Shown: piece after piece, positions 12,636-25,355 of the stretch
How positions within the stretch are numbered: the stretch's first letter is position 1
Layout: every line of letters starts with the position of its first letter
Assembly (NCBI GenBank): GCA_951406725.2
Contig: OX597829.1
Coordinates: forward strand, 51,584,001 to 51,648,000
Length of the DNA: 64,000 nt
From: Octopus vulgaris
Taxonomy: Eukaryota
Direction of reading: 5' to 3'
The notes under the pieces: generated by a model
Seen by the model: only the letters and a program-made list of their open reading frames with translations
Told to the model about the DNA's origin: nothing
Database searches by the model: none
Translations under genes and position numbers: made by a program

Positions 12636-14774
12636 TAATCCGTAACTTTTGCACTCAAGACACCTCATGCCAAAATCTACAGGAGACTTTGAAAACAGGA
12701 GCCATGCTGATTTAGCCAATTACAAGAAGATACAATCAAGTATCAAGGAAATGTTACTCCACCATCACCACCAACCGATTCCAGAATATGGAGCATCAAG
12801 AATTCTCACAAAAGCCTCTCACTCTATCATTCGGATTTCTCTGTCAGATATAATGCTTATTTATTTACATTGTTTTGAATTAATCAATCATTATCTTGTA
12901 GTTTTGAGATTTTGATGATACGATTGTATATTTTTAGAATGACATTGTAGGGTAGGTGTGAGATGTTGGATCTGGCCAGTTTGAAAACCCTAAACAGGGA
13001 GAATATTTTAGCCAGATACGGCTGGTTTAAATGCTGAAGGGTTAAACAAGTGATTCTAATTGGGATCCACATGACCCTTGGGTGGGGGGGCCAATATAAG
13101 ATTTTGTTGTTGAAATTTATTGGCAATAAATTGGTTATAAAATATTTTAATAATTTTTTCATACAGTTCCTAATGACATTTAATTATAAAAATATAACAG
13201 GGTTTTTTTAAAACATGGGATGTCTATGAGGGTCCATCTGAGTAAAATCAAAAGGGTCCATAAGTAAAAATGAGTGAGAAACATGGTGCTAAAAGCTAGG
13301 TCTCACCATAGTCAGGAATCCTACATGGTGAATGCACATCACCAACACAGCAGGGCTTTAAGCTATAAATCCTACACTAAACATTTCTACCAAAACTTCT
13401 CTTGCTTCCAACCCAATCTCATTAGGTTTTCTCCACCTATAAAGAGTAAAAAGGGTAAGGACCCCCTATCAGTCATGACTGATCATGGGATTGCACTTTA
13501 GAAAGTTCCCCTCTGAGGCACAAGTCTGGGCAAGGTTGTTTATGCAAGACCAGCAGTCACCCATGCATACCAGCCTGTCCTCTCCACACCAAAGGTTGAT
13601 ACAGCTTGGCACCAGTGATGTTGCAATGCATTTCTACAGATGAGTGAACAGGAGCAATGTGAAATAAAGTGTCTTGCTCAAGAACACAACACAGTCTGAT
13701 TCAGTAATCAAACTCACTACCTCATGATTGTGAGCCAATGCTCTAACCACTGAACCATGTGCCTAAGGTGTAGAAATTAAAGCTGAACAAATACAGTGAT
13801 CTAGATCTTCCTGTAATGGCAATGGGTACTGCTCCTCATAATTTTATATCGATAAGTATGTCTCTTAAGTTTTTCATTGAAAGGAATGTCACCATCATCA
13901 TAGTTTAACGTCCTTGTTCCATGCTGATATGGATTGCATGGTTTGACAGGATCTGACAGATCCAAGGACAATATTGTGTTCCACTATCTAGTTTGGCATC
14001 ATTTCTATGCTACTAAAAAAACACTAGAGTGTGTAACTGGGTGCTTTTCTTGATGCCACCAGCATTAGCAAGGTCACAATGCAGCATGCAAGACTATGAA
14101 ACCTGAGAGAAGTGGCTTCGTTTGAGAAGAAGAAGGGTTAAAGTATGAGAGGGAGCCAAAGTAGAACAGGTTCCTTAATATAGAGGAGCAACCGTGGCTA
14201 CACACACAATTTTGAGGAGATAGTGTAGGAGTGATTAGGGTAGAGCTAGGAAGAGATAAAAATAGCGTAGATGAGGCATCAAAGTAGACCCTCAAGGTTT
14301 GAGGTGAATAGAAGCAAATGGGGGTAGAAGTGAGAGTGGGTAGGTAGAGGATGCAAGCATGAATGGGAGTGAGAGAGATGGAGAATGGATGAGGAGGTGA
14401 ATATAATGAATGAAAAACAATATGTTGTGGGAGGGAGATGTAGTGAACAGTTTATGAGGGATGGTGCATGATGCATGTAGGTGAAGAGCATCAGAATAGT
14501 GAAGATACAATAGGCAGGGGAAGGATGAGAGAGAGAGAGAGAGAGAGATACTGAAATGATGCTGTAGTTGAGTAAGTTTGGGTGGGAGGAGAGTGACAGT
14601 GATATAAATGGATGGTGGTGAAGGAGAGATAATTTGGTGGCTCAACAGAGAGATCAGTGTAAAATGTGGGAAGAGACGACTGTATAAGGATGAATATCAA
14701 ATGAGAAAAAATTAAGTAATATAAAGAGGAAAGCTGCAGTTAGAGAGATAATGGGTTTTGGGAGTGTCTTCAGA

Positions 14775-14969
14775 ACAAAACTAGGTGAAGGGTCCAGTTT
14801 TGGATGAATGGACACAAAACTAGGTGAAGGGCCCAATTTTGGATGAATGGACACAAAACTAGGTGCAGGACCCAATTTTGGATGAATGGGCACAAAACTA
14901 GGTGCAGGACCCAATTTTGGATGAATGGACACAAAACTAGGTGAAGGGCCTAATTTTGGATGAATGGAC
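14775..14969. repeat. Minisatellite, 5 x 39 bp
   Basis: Unit acaaaactaggtg(a/c)agg(g/a)cccaattttggatgaatggac. Confidence 0.95.
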
Positions 14970-15204
14970 ACACAGTGTTTTAGTACTTTATTATAACATT
15001 AACTTTATCACTAAGAGGGATTACCCTTGTATTAAGATTACTATCTAAATTAATCGTCTTAAATATGATTCTAAAAATAAATATAATTTTATTATCTTAT
15101 TATTAGTTTATATTTCTAAATATTCCAGTTCTATATTTAAGAGATGAGGAATTGTGTACATTTTTTACAATTGACAGATATTTGTCCTCATCTTGTTTGT
15201 TGTT

Positions 15205-15250
15205 AACACAACGTTTCGGCTGATATACCCTCCAGCCTTCATCAGGTGTT
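15205..15250 (-). ncRNA. Minimal type I hammerhead ribozyme motif (Penelope-like)
   Basis: Minus strand reads AACAC-CUGAUGA-A-GGCUG-gagggtatat-CAGCC-GAAA-CG-UU-GUGUU. It has the core boxes, a 5-bp stem I, a 5-bp stem II and a palindromic AACGUU stem III. Confidence 0.8.
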
Positions 15251-16510
15251 TTGGGGAAATTTCGAAGCTGGGTTCTCATTCCTAAGGTATTTTTCAATGT
15301 TATTATTATTATTATTATTATTATTCAGGTCACTGCCTGGAGGGCATCCAGCTGTAGAAACATTGTCAGATCAGACTGGGCCTGGTGCAGCCTTCTGGCT
15401 TCCCAGACCCCAGTTGAACCGTCCAACCCATGCTAGCATGGAAAACGGACACTAAATGATGATGATGATGATGATGACGATAACTGGAGTGGTATTGCTT
15501 TTCTCACTTCCATCAATAAACTGCTCAGTCGCTTCATGCCTTTGAAGATGTTTGAAATGAGGGATCCCTTACTTGTATAACAAGTAAGGGTTAGCAAAAG
15601 AATGGGCATTCAGGCTGTAAAACAATGCCTCTATAATGTTCGTCTAACCAATGCTACCAAAAAATGGACGTAAAAATAAATGGTACATGTGTATGTGTAT
15701 CATCATTGTCATTCAATGTCTACTTTTCTGATACATGTATGGGTCAAAAGGAATAAGATGAGACAGGTTTTTGTTTTATTGCTGGATGTCCTTCCTGTTG
15801 CCAACCTTCACAGGTTTCCAAGCAAGGTAAGATTACCCCATGACTAGACATGTGTTTTTAAGGAAGACTGAAAACAATAAAACTTGCTTGTATGACAGGT
15901 GATACTCATTTACAGCCCTTGTTAAGGTTATCACTACAGATATTCTACAGAGATAACCAAGTGATGTAGAGTACACTGCTGGCACAGTAAAACACGATGT
16001 TGACTTATAAAAACGCTTAAAATACATTATAGTATATTATGGTTGCATAATGAAATACAGTGTGCCTACTAGTGAGCATTTACAACCATCACAAGGGCAC
16101 ACACACACACACATTCCTTAAGGTCAACTTTGCCTTTCACTCTTCTGGCATCAAATAAAGTTCCTGCTAGTACTGGAGTTGATTTGGTCAACTATTCCAT
16201 CCCAACAAAATTTCTTTCTGGCCCTCATCATCATCATCATCATCACCAGCAGGAGTTAACATTTATTTTCCATGCTGGCATGGGTTGGAGAGTTTGACAG
16301 GAGCTGGTAAGCCAGAGAACTGTGCCAGGCTCCAGAGTTGTCCATTTTGGCATGGTTTCTATGGTTGGATACCCTTCCTAATGCCAACCATTTTACAGAG
16401 TGTACTGGGTGCTTCTTAGGTGGTGACAACAATGTGGGTTTTTTTTTTCTGTGCCACCAGCACAAGTGCACTTTATGTGGCCGTTTATGTTGCATGGGCC
16501 TATATATGAA

Positions 16511-16900
16511 ATCATCATCATCATCGTTTAACGTCTGTTTTCCACGCTAGCATGAGTTGGACGGTTCGACCGGGTTCTGGGAAGCCAGGAGGCTGCACCA
16601 GGCTCCAGTCTGATCTGGCAGTGTTTCTACGGCTGGATGCCCTTCCTAACGCCAACCACTCCGCGAGTGTAGTGGGTGCTTTTTACATGCCACCTGCACA
16701 GGTGCCAGGGGGGGGGGGAGGTCCGGCATCGGCTACGATTGGTTGGTGCTTTTAACGTGCCGCCGGCACGGAAGCCAGCCAATGCGGCGCTGGCATCGGC
16801 CACGTTTGGATGGTGCTTTTTATGTGCCACCGGCACAGAAGCCAGTCGAGGCGGCGCTGGCAACGGCCACGTTCGGATGGTGCTTTCTATGTGCCACCGG
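16511..16900 (-). mobile_element. RTE-tailed short repeat, family A, with internal tandem units; copies near 8610-8850, 15341-15478, 19334-19515, 25360-25560, 28600-28940, 33130-33400, 38888-39140, 40550-41060, 43797-43980
   Basis: ggttggcgttaggaagggcatccagccgtagaaa motif, which resembles RTE/Expander 3' UTRs, ending in a (GAT)n tail. Confidence 0.8.
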
Positions 16901-17149
16901 AACTATTTAAAACTTACACCTAAAACTTGACCTTGATGATTTCAAATAGCATGCAGGCATAGCTATGTGATGACAAAGTTCAATTTGGAACTAAGTGATT
17001 CGGGGTTCAATCTCAGTGCATGACACCATGGCAAGTATATTTTACTGTAGCATCAGATTAACCAATATCTTTTGCAGTAATTTTGATAATTGGAAACTGC
17101 GCTTTGTTTTATGCCTGTCTGTGTGTTTGTATGAAAACACATGCTTGTG

Positions 17150-17498
17150 TATACAGGTTAGGTTGAGTTACGTCCCTTTACACACAAAAAAAAAAAAAAT
17201 CGACCTCGGTGGAATTTGAACTCAGAATGTAAAGACAGGCAAAATACCGCTAAGCATTTCACCCGGCATACTAACAATGATAATAATCCTTTCTACTATA
17301 GGCAGAAGACCTGTAATTTGGGCGAGGGGAAGCCAGTCGATTAAATCGACCCCAGTACGCAACTGGTACTTCATTTATCGACCCCCAAAAGGATGAAAGG
17401 CGAAGTCAACCTCAGTGGGATTTGAACTCAGAACGTGAAGATGGACGAAATGCTAAACATTTTGCCTGGCCTGCTAATGATTCTGCCAGCTCACCACC

Positions 17499-17571
<73 letters not shown>

Positions 17572-17875
17572 TAATAATAAGGAGTCGGGAAGACACTCGG
17601 CAAGAAAAGGAAGCAAATTTGAAAGAAGAGAAAAAAAAAAGGTAATAATAATAACAATCCTTTCTACTAAAGGCACAAGGCCTGAAATTTGTGGGGAGGG
17701 GACTAGTCGATTACAATGACCCCAGTGTTTAACTGGTACTTAATTTATCGACCACGAAAGGATGAAAGGCAAAGTCAACCGCAGCAGAATTTGAACTCAG
17801 AATGTAGCGATGGACGAAATGCCGCTAAGCAAATTGTCCGGAGAAGCTAACAATTCTGCCAGCTTGCTGCCTTGA
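17150..17875 (-). mobile_element. Cluster of three family B SINE copies separated by (AAT)n
   Basis: Repeated ttctgagttcaaat(t)cc...gcctttcatcct...gtcgataaa...agtaccag; (AAT)n run at about 17499-17580. Confidence 0.8.
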
Positions 17876-17922
17876 TAATAACAACAACAACATTAACAGC
17901 AACAATAAATTGTAAAACATAC

Positions 17923-18052
17923 CCTCATAAGTTCTTGTTTCTGTTTTTCTTCTGTATTCAAGCATTTTTTCGTCTGTTTTATTTCATTCATTATAGCTTG
18001 AGCTTCGTCTATTGTAAAGCCACCATCCATTCGCGATAATTTCTGATCAACA
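17923..18052 (-). CDS. kibra: KIBRA coding exon 6
   Basis: Acceptor ttttgcag; (A)VDQKLSRMDGGFTIDEAQAIMNEIKQTKKCLNTEEKQKQELMR; donor GTATGT; 130 nt. Confidence 0.94.
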
Positions 18053-18911
18053 CTGCAAAATTAGAAGTCATTATATCAATTTGTTTTGTTTGTCTTCAAT
18101 AGTAAATGAAACAATAATAAATGTCTTAAATTATATATTACTAAACATTTCAACTACTTATCGTTCTACTAGTAGTTTCAACAAATAGCCAGAGATGATT
18201 TTTAAAATGAGAATATCTGAAATAAACTCAACTGCTCTCACAAACGAGAATACTAAAAATGAACCTGACTGCTCTCAAAAATTAAGTAAAAAAAACAGGA
18301 AAGATAATCCAGAATCCTTGTCCGGTACTGGATCAATCCCAAATTCTAATCAGTTCATGCCAGCGGTTCTTGAGATATCTTGTCCATGGACAAACAAACA
18401 TGACTGAAAACAATACCTCTGCCTTCACTAAGGTGGATGTAATAACGGAAATATTGTTGTGTCTAGGGAGAGTCATAATTAAAATAACAGAGAATATTTA
18501 AAAAAAAAAGTTACTGTAAATTTCACAATTTATCCAAAAATTGGAAAGTATTTAGATTTTATTTTACCCAATTCACTCACAAAGCTTTGGTCAGCCCGAG
18601 ACTATAGTAGAAGACACTTGCCCAAGGTGCCATGCAGTGGGACTGAACTCAGAACAATGTAGTTGGGAAGCAAGCTTCTTACCACACAAGATCTGTGTAA
18701 TTAATTTATCTTTTACTGGCTTCAGCCAGTGGACAGTGGTCAATACGAGGCACTATTTTCAGTGGTTTATTTGATCAAATCAACTCTTGTACGTTTTTTT
18801 CTCTTTAAAGTTTAGTAGTTATTATATCAGGCATCTTTTGCTGAATTGCTAAGTCATACGGATATAAACTACACAAGTTGTCAAGTGTCGGAGAACCCAA
18901 AGACATACACA

Positions 18912-19126
18912 TATGAAGGAATATTGAAAAGCTCCTGGCTTTAAGGGTTTTGTGAAAGGCTTGGTTGGACGCCCAACCTTCTGAATTTCTTTACAGTGCT
19001 TAGAAAAACTGAAGGACCGCTGCAATAAGTGTGTGAATCTGGGAGGGGGATATGTTGAATAAAATCATAACTGATCCTCCAGTATTTTCTTTTACTCAAA
19101 ACCAGGAACTTTCAGCACCCCTCATG
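18912..19126 (+). mobile_element. mariner-derived MITE with transposase C-terminal remnant
   Basis: Imperfect TIRs (gaaaagctcctggcttt / aaaaccaggaactttc); the interior encodes LEKLKDRCNKCVNLGGGYVE*. Confidence 0.8.
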
Positions 19127-19148
19127 TATGTGTGTGTGTGTGTTTTTA

Positions 19149-19320
19149 TACAAGGGGATGCTGAAAAGTTCAGGGATTTAAGGGTATCATGAAAGGCCTG
19201 GCTGGAGGCCCAACCTTCTGAGTTCATTTACAGGGCTTAGAAAAACTGAAGGACCACAGCAATAAGTATGTGAATAAAATCATGACTGCTCCTTCTGGAA
19301 CTTTTCAGCACACCGTCGTA
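19149..19320 (+). mobile_element. Second copy of the same mariner MITE, with internal deletions
   Basis: tacaaggggatgctgaaaagttc ... gaacttttcagcacaccgtcgta, with TA ends. Confidence 0.8.
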
Positions 19321-22110
19321 CATACACACACACATCATCATCATATAGCATCCATTTTCCATGCTAGCATGGGTTGGACGGTTCAACTGGGATCTGTGAA
19401 GCCAGAAAGCTGCATCAGGCCCAGTCAGATCTGGCAGTGTTTCTACGGCTGGATGCCCTTCCTAACGCCAACCACTCCGTGAGTGTAGTGGGTGCTTTTT
19501 ACGTGCCACCCGCACAGATATACACATATACATAAATACATATAAAGACAGCTGAAGGAGGGAAGCATATGTTTGAAGTTCTTGTCCACTTTGAACCTTT
19601 TTTTTTATATCTTTTGTTCCCGTTCAAAGCTGCCCTTCATTAAAATTCCAGTTCTTACCGAGTTGAACTTGTTTATGGAATTCTTTAGTTTCTTGGTTTA
19701 TGGCAGTTCCAATGTATGTATTACACCATACATTGATACAGCATGATTATCCTTCATTGGGATCCTAATTTTTAGAAGGGTACTACTCATTTAGGAATTT
19801 CTTGAGGTTTTGTTGAATATACATACATATGCACTCTGACACACACACATGGCTTAGTGGTCACAACTGCGAGATCATGGTTTCAATTCCCAGACTAGGC
19901 AGTATACAGCATTCTTAAGCAAAACACTTCATTTCACATTGCTTTAGTGCAGTGGTTCCCAAACATTTGCAGGCTGTTGCCCCTTTGGTTCTAAGGCTGC
20001 ATTCCTAGTACCCTGCCCCACACTCACCATCACAGACATAGACCACTTTTTTTTAAACATCTATTGCCTTGTTTTGATCACCCCATCTTTCTTCAATATT
20101 CCCCCACTGGATCTTTCCGCTGCCCCCCCCCCCCCCTGATTTGAGGAGGGGGAACTTGTGTCAGAGGATGAAAGGTTAGAGTGTGATAAAGAGACAGAGA
20201 GGCAGAAACAGATGTCTTTCCACAACAGAGGGGACATTAAGGCATTGGAGGAGGTGATTCGGTATCAGACATGTGACGCAAGTTGATGAGAGGTACTAGG
20301 TGAAAAACTGTGAAGTGTTTTTGAAGATCAAGACAGTGGCGAAGAGGGAAGAAGTGGTGAATGCAGATATCAGGATGTTGTACCTCCTAAGATGAAAACT
20401 GAGACGTGTGGTGATGAGTTGCAGAAAATAACAAAACCTAAGCAGAATGTAGGGAGAGGAACATTAAATATACTGTTATTTCTCTCTCTCTATCACTACA
20501 CCTTCACTATCCCTCATGCATATTTTCTCTGTCCGTCCTTCAATACCCTACTCAGTTCAAGGGTCCAGTGCTGATGTTATGAAAAAAAATATATATGTAA
20601 GGGAGACCCCCTTCATTCATGAATGACCATGGGATTGCACCTAGAAAGTTACCCTCCGAGGTACAGTCCAGGCAAGGTTGTTTATGGAAGACCAGCAGTC
20701 ACCCATGAATACCAGCCTCCCCTCCCCTCACCACTGATGTCATTCAAGGGAAAGGCAAAGGGGCCGATACAGCTTGGCACCAGTGATGCTGCAACTCATT
20801 TCTACAGCTGAGTGAACTAGGGCAACGTAAAATAAAGTGTCTTGCTCATGAACACAACACACATTCCAGTCTTGGAATTGAACTCACAACCTCACAATCG
20901 TAAGCTCGATGCTCTAACCACTGAGCCATGCACCTTCACATATATATATACACACACACATAAAATAGGCATATAAATATATATATATATACAGTGGTGG
21001 CTGAGTGGTTGGTGTTAGGAAGGGCATCCAGCTCTAAAAAATTCTGCCATAACAGTCACAAAAGTGTGGGGCAGGCTTTGGCCTGGCTGGCTCTTGTGGT
21101 ACCATCCCACCCATGCCAGCATGGAACATGGACGTTAAATGATGATGATGCTGATACACACTCATATGCATATATGCAAATACATACATTAATGCATACG
21201 TATATAGACACACACACACACATAAGTAATAGTTCACTTCCCAGATTCTATCTTATAACACTTCTGAATTTACATTATTTCAATCCTCGTTAGATTAATT
21301 AACATCACAGCTATAGATAAAACACTCAAGCATATAACAACATACCCGCTTACCTAAACTGCAACCAATCATGTTCACAATGGCTGTGATGGATGTCAAT
21401 AGATTGCTTTAGCTTTCACACCGAAAATTAAAGGCACAACCATAAACATTCTAAAAGCCACACTTATGGGAGGTCAACAGTTTATTTTCTCACTAACATC
21501 TGAACATGCCTTACAGTAAACTGACAAGCCATTTCCTCCAACCTCTTTCCTTCTACTTTAATCAATCTTAGAACACACAGACACATCAGTTGAAAAGCAT
21601 CTCACTTAAAGTTTAGTCATTCACAGCCTTGTCACAATATTTACAGAACATCTGTGATGTTTACAGAGGATGTGGATATGAGATTGACAGGCAGCAGCCC
21701 AGCACTTTCAATCCAAGGGGGTTTTTTTTTGTTAACCTAACAGTTACACAATTATTTATAGCTCTGTCCACTTCGAGTTACACTGTTAAAAACAATTTTT
21801 TTTCGTGTTTCCATGATGTTTCTGAATGCTTATGACATAAACGATATATCATGTGATCGACCTGACCACTGGAAGTTGTTATACATCGCTGGTCACAATG
21901 CACTTCACATCATTTTAGCTTTTGAATGATGCCACCCTGCTGGGTAGGCGAAAAGTGCAACATACTCCTTGATCGGAGGGCTACTCTGTCACAAGGTTAT
22001 TCATTCACATCTGAGTGGACTGGAGCAACACGAAATGAAGTGTTTCAATTAAGAACACAATGTGCCACTCAGTCCAGGACCTAAACTCACAATCGCAATA
22101 TATTATATGT

Positions 22111-22415
22111 GGAGGCGCAATGGCCCAGTGGTTAGGGCAGTGGACTCGCGGTAGGAGGATCGCAGTTTCAATTCCCAGACTGGGTGTTGTGTGTGTTTAT
22201 TGAGCGAAAACACCTAAACCTCCACGAGGCTCCAGCAGGGAGGGGACCCCTGTTGTACTCTTTCACCCTAACTTTCTCTCGCTCTCTCTTCCTGTTTCTT
22301 GAGTAACGCCGTGATGGACTGGCGTCCCGTCCAGCTGGAGGGGAACACAGAAACACCACAGTAACCCGGAAACCGGGCCCACGAGCCTGGCTAGGCTTGA
22401 AAAGGGGCGCATAAA
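22111..22415 (+). mobile_element. tRNA-type SINE, family D (GC-rich, looks young)
   Basis: ggaggcgcaatggcccagtggttagggca...gtttcaattcccagac A/B-box-like head, with an (AAAT)n tail. Confidence 0.7.
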
Positions 22416-22920
22416 TAAATAATATATATATATATATATAATCATCATCATCGTTGTTTTAACATTCTACTTTTCTATGCTTGCACAGGTCAGAGGAAGA
22501 GGCTGGAGCTGGGTTTTCCATGGCCAAATACTCTTCCAGTTCATCAAGTAACAACCAGCCTGGATGTGATTTATGAGATGAACTGGAAGCAAATGACACT
22601 GTTAGTAAAGCTATTGTTTACAAACCTATGTGTAGACTTCAGAAATACAAACTTACTCTCCCAAACACACATCGCCATCATTATTATCGTCATTGTCGTT
22701 TTAGCATCCATTGTTCCATGCTTGCATGGGTCGGATGGAATTAGGTGAGGTAGATTTTTCTAAGGCCAGACATGTTTTCATGGAAGATTGGAAATGAATC
22801 ACACTGCTTGTGTGTCAGTGACACTTGTATACAACTGAGCCTTCTCCTATAGAACTGGACCAACCACAGACTTGTGAGTAGATTTGGTAGGTGGAAACTG
22901 AAACAAACCAATCATACGTA

Positions 22921-22954
<34 letters not shown>

Positions 22955-23281
22955 GGGGGGTATTTTCTTTGTGTTCACTGGTTTGTAAAGAACGGCTTTC
23001 TGATGAAGTTGTTTGCTTGCAGTCCAGCATGAAAACATGTCTGGGTTATTTGTTGCTTGAAAGACTGGGAGATTAATGCATCATTTGGAAACAAGTGGGA
23101 GCTGGAGACAGGGAGGGCGTCTGGTAATAAAAACATACCTGTGTCCCAAAGTGCTCTTATCTGACCCATGAAAAAGTAGGCAGTGAAACAATGATGATAG
23201 ATACATATTCATGTATATGTCTGTGTGTGCATGCGCACACATATACAGAGATATCAATATGTACATATGAATGTATATATA

Positions 23282-23376
23282 CTGTTGTGTCTGGGGAGAG
23301 TCATTTTCTTTTTGTGCCTTATAATTTAACATACATACCGACACAAAAAGAAAGTGACTCTCCCCAGACACAACAG
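23282..23376. mobile_element. 95-bp foldback MITE with 35-bp inverted arms
   Basis: ctgttgtgtctggggagagtcattttctttttgtg / cacaaaaagaaagtgactctccccagacacaacag, one mismatch. Confidence 0.85.
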
Positions 23377-23433
23377 AATATGCTTCAACACACGAACTCA
23401 CATAAAGAATCTTGCAAACCAAATCCAAAAACG

Positions 23434-23481
<48 letters not shown>

Positions 23482-23699
23482 ATGTATACTTATGTTATCT
23501 GTGTATATGTATGTATACACATACGTATATGTTTGTATACATAGACACACAGGGCAGTTAAATTCCATTATAAACTGTACAGTGAGGGTCAACTTTAAAA
23601 TATACCAACACTACCACTAACAAAAATTTACAAAGATTCCATTCCAAATCATAATGGAAAATTAATAACCTTGAGATATGAAATCAAGGTTCAGAGTGA

Positions 23700-25355
23700 A
23701 AACTCCATTATCAAAACAAAAATGTTAGAGCAGGCCAGGATAAACCAGAAGTTTGTTTTTAACTCGCAAGGAGGGTGTGGAATAAAATACTGCCATAAAA
23801 AGAGCCCTTCCTTTTTATGGAAGATCTAAAATCATTCAGGTCTAAGATTTGGAATGAGAGTAAGGATTTTAATTGGAGTGTGACATGGCTTGCACAATAA
23901 ACTGAGAATACTGTCAGCGTTAATAGTTACACATTCAATCTTAAAATTCACCAATCCTGTGGGAAAGCTAAATTATGGGAAGATATCAGGAAGAAACCTC
24001 ATAGGCAGATATCGGTACAAGAAGCTGACTTTTTGAAGAAAGTCGCTAATACAAATGCTTGAAAAAGATAGACGTACAGAACTGGCTTGTTATAGCATGA
24101 GAAAAACGTGTAGCCAGGAATGAAAACACTGCATTGGCAGAGAACTACAGAGCTTTAACATTACATATAAATTGCACATAATCTGTCTGAGCCAATTCCT
24201 CCAAGACCATTGAGAGTTTAATGATACAAGCTGACAAGTGGAAAGAAAGGAGTGTGGGGGATGCATCAAACAAATGTTGGTAAATAAAGCTGTACTGCCT
24301 GAAGTAAGAAAACAAAACCTTGTGACAGTATGGCTTGATTACAGAATGGCATTCAATACCATTCTCCACTCATGGCAACTGAAGTTACTGCAGCTGGCAA
24401 AAGAACCTGCTACATCGGTTGCTTCCATCAGAAGACTCATAAAGGCCTCGTCCACAATCTTTACACTTGTAACTGAAAGTGGAACAATTGTCTCCACAGA
24501 CTGCTATTTGATATTAATATTGTTCCATTGCTAACAACTAATTTTTTTATTTGGTCTGGCAGCTATCTGCAATACTAGTGACTGATTAGTCACTGCTTTA
24601 CTATATCAGTAGAAGCAAAGTCTGGTTGGCATGTCGTTATACTGGATAGCAGTGGCCAATCACAATCGAATTCACAGAAGTCACATGATGAAGCAGTTCC
24701 ATCTACTACTGACACTTCTGAGCTCTTTAGCACTATACACCTATATGAGATGATTTATCAAGACGAACACCACAGTATTACAGTGTTTTTACAAAATACC
24801 CATATTAAGTAGGATATAGAGATTGCTAATTGTCTCTGATATCATAAATATTTCCTAGGTAACAGTTAATCTAAGCTTCTATTTATTTTGGCTCTAAATC
24901 AACAGTCCTCAGAACACATCAAAGAAATCCCTAGGACTTGAACCTCAGATCACTGGTTCTAAAACAACACAACACACTAATATTGCCGCAAATTTTTTTG
25001 TGGATTATCTGATAGATTTATGCCCAAAATATTTACAATGCCACAAAACAGCTGGATTTAATCACATTTTCTGCAGATGTAAGGATGGAGTTTGGTAAAA
25101 GAAATATTCATACTTAACAAAAGTTTTGCATCAAGGATTCCTCTACGTTCACTACTCAACAAAACAAGAACTACCTGGGTATCGATGAAAATATATTGTA
25201 CAAAGGTAATGTGAACAAGGACAGAGTAACCAAAGATTATAATAATAGACTTAAAAAGGTAAGGTAATCAGAGCTTTCCTCGTACAACAAAACACTATCC
25301 CACAATGCATTTGCAATACCCATATTGATACCAACATTTGGGATAATAGACTGAT
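23700..25355 (+). mobile_element. Heavily decayed R4/Dong-like non-LTR retrotransposon
   Basis: VWLDYRMAFNTILHSW (cf. WLDYKKAFDSVPHSW), NYLGIDEN and YNKTLSHNAFAIPILIPTFGII. Confidence 0.7.

Noticed and set aside
14654-14971. Proline-rich repeat ORF
   Set aside because: Translation of the 39-bp minisatellite; no convincing splice sites, and KIBRA exons 6 and 7 join directly.
22111-22185. tRNA-like sequence (also at 32071 and others)
   Set aside because: These are SINE heads with A/B-box similarity followed by repeat bodies, not complete cloverleafs.
22995-23046. CTGATGA...GAAAACATGTC hammerhead-like string
   Set aside because: No credible stem I, and stem II is weak.
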